Shown here: positions 59,034 through 64,000 of the stretch, in pieces
Layout of the letters: each line of letters starts with the position of its first letter
How positions within the stretch are numbered: the first letter of the stretch is position 1
IMG/VR virus record: IMGVR_UViG_3300025459_000001
DNA length: 64,000 nucleotides
DNA from: an uncultured virus (IMG/VR IMGVR_UViG_3300025459_000001)
Lineage: Duplodnaviria > Heunggongvirae > Uroviricota > Caudoviricetes
Direction: 5' to 3' (one strand)
The notes under the pieces: model-generated
What the model was told of the DNA's origin: nothing
What the model saw: only the letters and a program-made list of their open reading frames with translations
Database searches by the model: none
Position numbers and translations under genes: made by a program

Positions 59034-59576
59034 TCAGACTTGATCCTTCATTCTTGCGTTTGGCTCGTATACTAAAGTCTTCTTGGCCCGGTCCATGGCT
59101 TCTGCCCAATCTACCCCGTAACGTCGCCGGATTCCTTCCGCCCGTTCGCGGAGTTCCGCCTCCTGATCGGTCATGTCCGTGTAGCCGCTTCCATCTCCAC
59201 CCAGAATCTTAGTCAACCAGTTGGTCTGGCTCCTGGTGAACTTCTCGAAGGAGAGGGACAGGGAATCCAGGGCGGCGAGTTGCTTGGATGCTTGATCTGT
59301 CCGCTCGACACGCCCGCCAACAAGACCATCACGAACTAAAGCGAGATTGTCGTTGATCGTTGAAAGATGCGTTCGGGTTATGCCCGCCTGCTCCTGGATG
59401 GCTGCGTTCACTTTGCAAATCTGGTCGCGGATCTCGGTGAACTCCAGCGATGGCTGGTACACCGTGGGACTGCGCATGACCCTCACGGTGGAGAGTACCA
59501 TCTTGTAGACGGCCACTACCACCGCGATCGCCACGATCCCGTAGCCAATCCACGACATCAAGACTTGCAGCGTCAT
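59034..59576 (-). CDS. N-terminal membrane-anchored coiled-coil protein
   Basis: TM segment IGYGIVAIAVVVAVY then heptads. Confidence 0.5.
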   Translation of the reverse strand: MTLQVLMSWIGYGIVAIAVVVAVYKMVLSTVRVMRSPTVYQPSLEFTEIRDQICKVNAAIQEQAGITRTHLSTINDNLALVRDGLVGGRVERTDQASKQLAALDSLSLSFEKFTRSQTNWLTKILGGDGSGYTDMTDQEAELRERAEGIRRRYGVDWAEAMDRAKKTLVYEPNARMKDQV

Positions 59577-60310
59577 TTCGCAACCTTCTTTTTGTGGCTT
59601 TTCCTGACCTCGACGAAGTAACCTTGGCTCAATAGAAAGTCCGTGCCCGACTTCACATACTGTTGTACGCGGGCCTTGGAGATATCCAGCGCTTGAGTGT
59701 ACTTCATCCCGATTAAATAAGCCTTGGTTTCCGGCCACTCCGAACCCTGCAAGAACATAATGGCGGCATTGATCGCAACCTTCAATCGAGTCCGTTTACG
59801 ATGTGACCAGTCTTCGGGAGGTTCCGGCGCGCGTTTATAGATACGCGGGTCCGATGCCGTCATACGGCCTTCGCGGATCGCCTTCCTCAGGTCGCGAGGG
59901 GTCATTCCAGGATGTCCTCGGCTCTTTCCAGCCATTCGGGAATCGGTTTGCCGTGGTAGATGAACTCCAAGAAACGAACCGCCATTTCATTGCACGACAG
60001 TTCGCTTTGGATGTGGACAACGTCGAACACGCTCTCGATGGAGGCGAACCGCTCGATGGCGATGCCGATCTTGTTTGGTCCTTGGCATCCTACTTCATAG
60101 CAGAGCCCCAAGGTTTTGATGATCTCAAGGGTGAGTTGGAATTTGGTCATTGCTTTGGATGCTCCTTCCAATACTTCGCCGTTGCTATAATGGTGTACCC
60201 ATCTTGGTCTTCGACATTTTCCCAGCGCCCTGTCGAGATCAAGAACTTCTTCGCCTCATCGTAGGTCATCCCCATTGCTATTTCGAAATCGCTGGGCCTT
60301 TGCTCGGGCT

Positions 60311-61129
60311 TCATCCCAACACCCCTACCTTCCCATCGCCTTCATACTTTAAGATGATCTCGTCTTCACTGATTTCCTTGACCACCACATTTGTTTCCAG
60401 TTGTACCCTGCCCGACTTCCCTACGACTTTAAGAGCGGCAATCATCCCCGGTTTTGCTGACCACTGCCACGCTGCCTTCGGCCCCTCCATCAACTTCACA
60501 ACTTCGGCTTCGTCAACCACGTCGTTGGTCAAGTAGTCCTGAATTTGGCGCAAAATCATGGCTTTGGTGGGCCGATCGTCGGGCTCCTCGCGTTCGCGGG
60601 CCGTCACTCCCCTAGTCGAGGCTTCCCGCTTGGCCTTCCGTTCCGCCACTTTCTTTTTCTTGGCTTGCTTGGTTTCGCCTCTTCGAATCTCGCCGACCAA
60701 CGATAAGGAGACGCCAATGTACTTGGCGATCTGGGTGTCTTTCCACTCCCCAATCTTCTCGTCGGTTACCGCCAATTCAACGGCGCGTCTTTTGTCGGCA
60801 TTGGTCAGCCGTGCGCCGTGATGGGAGTTTTCCAATAGGGCGTACTTCAGTGCATCGGAGGCGTCCCCATCGTGTATGACGGCGGGGATTTCCAGCTTGT
60901 TTTCCTGCCGGTAGGCTTCGATGCGATGGAAGCCGTCCGCGACACGGTAGGAGTTGTCTCCGTTACGGAAGATATGAATGGGGTCCATATTCCCGTGCTC
61001 CTGAATTAAGGAGCGGTACTGATGGACCAATCTGGCGTCGAGGGTGATGCGAATTTGGACGGAATTAGTTTCGTCAATTTGCTCGATGGGAACCAGCTTA
61101 ACGGTTTTCTTGGTGGCAGAGGGTGTCAT
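60311..61129 (-). CDS. ParB-like protein (ParBc domain + HTH)
   Basis: VQIR...DPIHIF...VADGFHRIEAY; ENSHHG..LT.ADKRRA; HTH KDTQIAKYIGVSLSLVGEIR. Confidence 0.8.
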   Translation of the reverse strand: MTPSATKKTVKLVPIEQIDETNSVQIRITLDARLVHQYRSLIQEHGNMDPIHIFRNGDNSYRVADGFHRIEAYRQENKLEIPAVIHDGDASDALKYALLENSHHGARLTNADKRRAVELAVTDEKIGEWKDTQIAKYIGVSLSLVGEIRRGETKQAKKKKVAERKAKREASTRGVTAREREEPDDRPTKAMILRQIQDYLTNDVVDEAEVVKLMEGPKAAWQWSAKPGMIAALKVVGKSGRVQLETNVVVKEISEDEIILKYEGDGKVGVLG

Positions 61130-61136
61130 TGTCTTT

Positions 61137-61188
61137 GTCCCACGTTGTACTCGATCTATAGGGTACGCGGAGTCAAGAGTGAAGTCAA
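61137..61188 (-). promoter_or_regulatory. parB-like promoter plus 14-bp operator-like site
   Basis: TTGACT(61183-88)-17-TACCCT(61160-65); GTCCCACGTTGTAC at 61137-61150 before the ATG. Confidence 0.55.
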
Positions 61189-61501
61189 GAGGTGTTTTAA
61201 TACCTTCTCAAGACGTTTCCCTGGATCATCAGTTCAGCCTCCCGTAACACCACGAACCCATGGATTTGCTGAACTTCTTTTTTGGAGTATCCAGAAAGCA
61301 GCATGATCTTAGCCGCACGCACCCTGGACTCATAGACGGGGTTCGCAGGCTTCGGTCGGCGGTCCTCCACATCATCTTCAATTTGGTGGATCATATAAAT
61401 GTCGGACATAGGATAAGATCGTTATCCAGAGCCAGAGCCATCGCAATAGCCATGGCCACCGCCATCGCCAGAGCCGTAATCCGGGTCGGAGTTTCACGGC
61501 C

Positions 61502-61834
61502 TCAGTCCTTCAGCGCCTCGCGGAGCTTGTCAAGTTCCACTGTGTAGGTCGGTTCTGTGTATTCCCCGCCGTGAATCTTGTACAGAATCCAGACCGACTG
61601 GTAGCGCTCATCGGCGTGAACCGCATCCAATCTGTTCTTCAAGTCTTCCGCCGCCCGCGCGACGGCGAGCAGGCCTTGCCGCTCTCGTTGGAGTTTCAGG
61701 ATCTCATCCCGCAGTAGGGGATAGCTGCGAAATGCTGCAATGGACCACTTTAAGTCAGCCGATGGCCATTCCTGTGCCACCGCAGCCAGACGCAGTCGGT
61801 CCAACTCCGCGATGATCTCGTTGATGTCAGCCAC
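61502..61834 (-). CDS. hypothetical protein
   Basis: RBS GGAGG; helical. Confidence 0.5.
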   Translation of the reverse strand: MADINEIIAELDRLRLAAVAQEWPSADLKWSIAAFRSYPLLRDEILKLQRERQGLLAVARAAEDLKNRLDAVHADERYQSVWILYKIHGGEYTEPTYTVELDKLREALKD

Positions 61835-61917
61835 GTTCTACCTCCTGCCTCAGCACTTGCGCCAACGCTGGGACTTATATACATGATATAGATTGAGATT
61901 CAGGGAGTGTTTCAACA

Positions 61918-63024
61918 TCAACTTGTAGCCCGCTGTTCTGAGGGGCATAGCCCCGCAAGGCTCATCCCGAGCCTTTTGATGTTTAGTGCCGCGTTGTGAT
62001 CCCGCCCCAAAGTCAACCCGCATGAACAGGAATGCACCCGCTCGCTAAGTTCCTTTCGGATGATGACACCACAGCCGCTGCACTTCTGAGATGTCCCCTT
62101 CGGGTTGACCGGCACCATCCACTTACCAGCGTATTCTGCTTTGTAAGTTACCTGCCAGATCAACAGCCCCCAGGCTGCATCCATGATTGACTTTGCTAAC
62201 TTGGATCGCACCATATTTCGGATCTTCAGATCCTCGTGAGCAATTAAATCGTAGTTCGCTACCAGCCACTTGCTGACGTGGTGGATGTAGTTCAACCGCG
62301 CACTTGCGGCCCGTTGATGAGCGCGGCGCAACGCCTCACGCGCACGGAGGCGGTTATGTGACCCGCGCGTCTTGGTTGCTAACGAGCGATTGGCGGAGGC
62401 GATCCGATTTTCGTGCTGACGTATCCAACGCGGATTCTCAATCTCGGTTCCGTCACTCAGTGTCGCCAGGGTAGTCAGGCCAACATCAATCCCTACCGGG
62501 TGCATTACCACGCACTTCTCTGGGGCGGGGCCGATATCACAGACTACGTTAGCCGTCCATCTCTTGCCATCACGCTTTACCGTGCAGTATTTTGCGCGGC
62601 CCCAAATAGGACGCCCACCACGCGCCCGAATATCCCCCACGTTCGGTATTTTGATCGAACGCTCGCGGACTACGGGCAAACTGAACCCGAAGGAATCGTA
62701 CCTGAAACGTGAACGATAACGCGGGAACCCCGGCTTCTCGCCAGCCTTGCAACGGCGGTAGAACGCCTTGAATGCCCGGTCAACCCGACGCAACGGGTCA
62801 CGCTGGATATCACAGGCGATCCACTGGAATGCCAGGTCTTTGCGGAGTTCCGTCAACTCCTTCTGCTGGTCATAGTACGTGATCGACTTGTGCTGGAGTT
62901 TCCATGCCTCTTTTCGCTCCTGAATACAGGCGTTCGCAGTCTCGCAGTTATCCTCAAGAATCCGATTCAACTCCGCAACCTGCGTAGCGTTTGGACGAAG
63001 ACGAAACTGAAAGGTTCTCAGCAT
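61918..63024 (-). CDS. tnpB: TnpB (solo, IS1341-like, no tnpA)
   Basis: FRLRP, KPGFPRYR, GIDVG, IAHEDL, TSQKCSGCG, CSCG, RDHNAALNI. Confidence 0.95.
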   Translation of the reverse strand: MLRTFQFRLRPNATQVAELNRILEDNCETANACIQERKEAWKLQHKSITYYDQQKELTELRKDLAFQWIACDIQRDPLRRVDRAFKAFYRRCKAGEKPGFPRYRSRFRYDSFGFSLPVVRERSIKIPNVGDIRARGGRPIWGRAKYCTVKRDGKRWTANVVCDIGPAPEKCVVMHPVGIDVGLTTLATLSDGTEIENPRWIRQHENRIASANRSLATKTRGSHNRLRAREALRRAHQRAASARLNYIHHVSKWLVANYDLIAHEDLKIRNMVRSKLAKSIMDAAWGLLIWQVTYKAEYAGKWMVPVNPKGTSQKCSGCGVIIRKELSERVHSCSCGLTLGRDHNAALNIKRLGMSLAGLCPSEQRATS

Positions 63025-63047
63025 GTTTCAGCGCACAGGGGAGTCAA

Positions 63048-63455
63048 CTATATAATTCCCTTGACTTTCCTGGGGACCACCCGTCTGACCGGCTTGGATG
63101 GATCGGAGATCGGGCCGGAGACCATGCGATTGTCGATCTCGGCATTCCCCAGTTTCGGCAGTTCCCCCGTGACTTTCTCGATCGTCTCCGCGATATGCGC
63201 CTGAGCTTCGGTTACGGCCACCGGAAGGTCCGGTGCCGGGATGTCCCACGGCATCTCCAGATCTTCACCGTCGAATGCCGTCGATTCCACCGGGGTCTCG
63301 GCAGGGGAACTCTCCGCAGACTTGATTGGCCTTCCGGCTCCCCTCTTCCTTTTTCTGGGGACGTCCCACAGAGGCGACCCGCACTCCGCACAACGTTTCG
63401 GAGTTTCCAGGGTAGAGTCGAAGTCCTCTTCGCAACGAATACAGTGGTAGGTCAT
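63048..63455 (-). CDS. Zn-ribbon protein with basic AT-hook-like segment
   Basis: CIRC...PKRCAECGSPLWD..RKRKRGAGRP. Coding strand is minus (ATG reads as cat at 63453-63455). Confidence 0.6.
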   Translation of the reverse strand: MTYHCIRCEEDFDSTLETPKRCAECGSPLWDVPRKRKRGAGRPIKSAESSPAETPVESTAFDGEDLEMPWDIPAPDLPVAVTEAQAHIAETIEKVTGELPKLGNAEIDNRMVSGPISDPSKPVRRVVPRKVKGII

Positions 63456-63459
63456 TTAC

Positions 63460-63945
63460 TTATGTACCCTCCCTGATTCGCTTGGCGGCTTCCTTCAAGA
63501 CGTCCCGCCACCCAATGCAGGAATCTGGTTTATTCCCGGAGACCATCGTGTCTAGAATCTTTGCGCAGCGCTCGGAGATCACTTCACGACCATCAAGCAA
63601 AGTGATCCTCTTTTCCGTAACCTTCTTAATCATGCGTTTCCTCTTGTTTCCATTGTTCCGCCTCGCCTTCCCGGACGCCCTCTCCACGGTGAGCAACTCG
63701 AACTCCTCGGGGGATATGACCTTATCGATCTCGACAAATTCGATCGGGCCATCCTCATTATTAATCGACGCTACAAATGGCCAATCGTCAGTGAGTGAGT
63801 CCGTCCGAAGTCGATCTCGGAACCAACAGCAGCCGTCTTCTACTGCGATCTCCAAGTTGAGTTTCGCACCTTCCTCTTGGATTAGATTCCAAAAACGCGC
63901 CACGCGCTTAGCGCATTCATCAGTCGCTATTCTGATCGATTTCAT
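63460..63945 (-). CDS. hypothetical protein
   Basis: RBS AGGAGG. Confidence 0.5.
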   Translation of the reverse strand: MKSIRIATDECAKRVARFWNLIQEEGAKLNLEIAVEDGCCWFRDRLRTDSLTDDWPFVASINNEDGPIEFVEIDKVISPEEFELLTVERASGKARRNNGNKRKRMIKKVTEKRITLLDGREVISERCAKILDTMVSGNKPDSCIGWRDVLKEAAKRIREGT

Positions 63946-64000
63946 GATTGGTCCTCCTAGGAGCCTCGATCATCTTGAACTTGGTCTCGGTCAGCCATTG

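Noticed and set aside
33538..61874. Weaker motif-like sites (about 33538, 43297, 47187, 61861)
   Set aside because: Two or more mismatches or an indel; not counted among the 16.
1..64000. tRNA/rRNA genes, integrase, replication and lysis genes
   Set aside because: None recognised by eye. They may lie outside the window, so lifestyle and lysis mode cannot be concluded.

Overview
The window is most of a ~58% GC tailed phage (or prophage) genome with podovirus-like gene content. A long minus-strand morphogenesis arm runs terminase (52882-55128), portal (47646-49514), scaffold, major capsid, decoration/fibre proteins, glycosyltransferases, head-tail adaptors, spikes, tail nozzle and DNA-ejection proteins. 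No tape measure, integrase, replicase or lysin was recognisable here. A captured clpC fragment suggests an Acidobacteriota-type host (recognition from memory, not a search). Main observations: (1) the capsid gene is split by two ORF-less group I introns around a 35-nt micro-exon, with a free-standing endonuclease VII-type gene next door; (2) a 14-bp quasi-palindrome GTCCCACGT(T/G)GNAC occurs at least 16 times across the window, resembles parS, and one copy sits in the leader of a ParB-like gene; (3) at least seven proteins in the virion module carry Sec-type signal peptides and flank a three-glycosyltransferase cluster; (4) an internally deleted mini-ClpC lies next to a proteasome-beta-like Ntn hydrolase; (5) there is a duplicated portal fragment, tiny protamine-like ORFs, a 23x decapeptide repeat protein and two TnpB elements. 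All calls are by eye from sequence motifs; no databases were searched.
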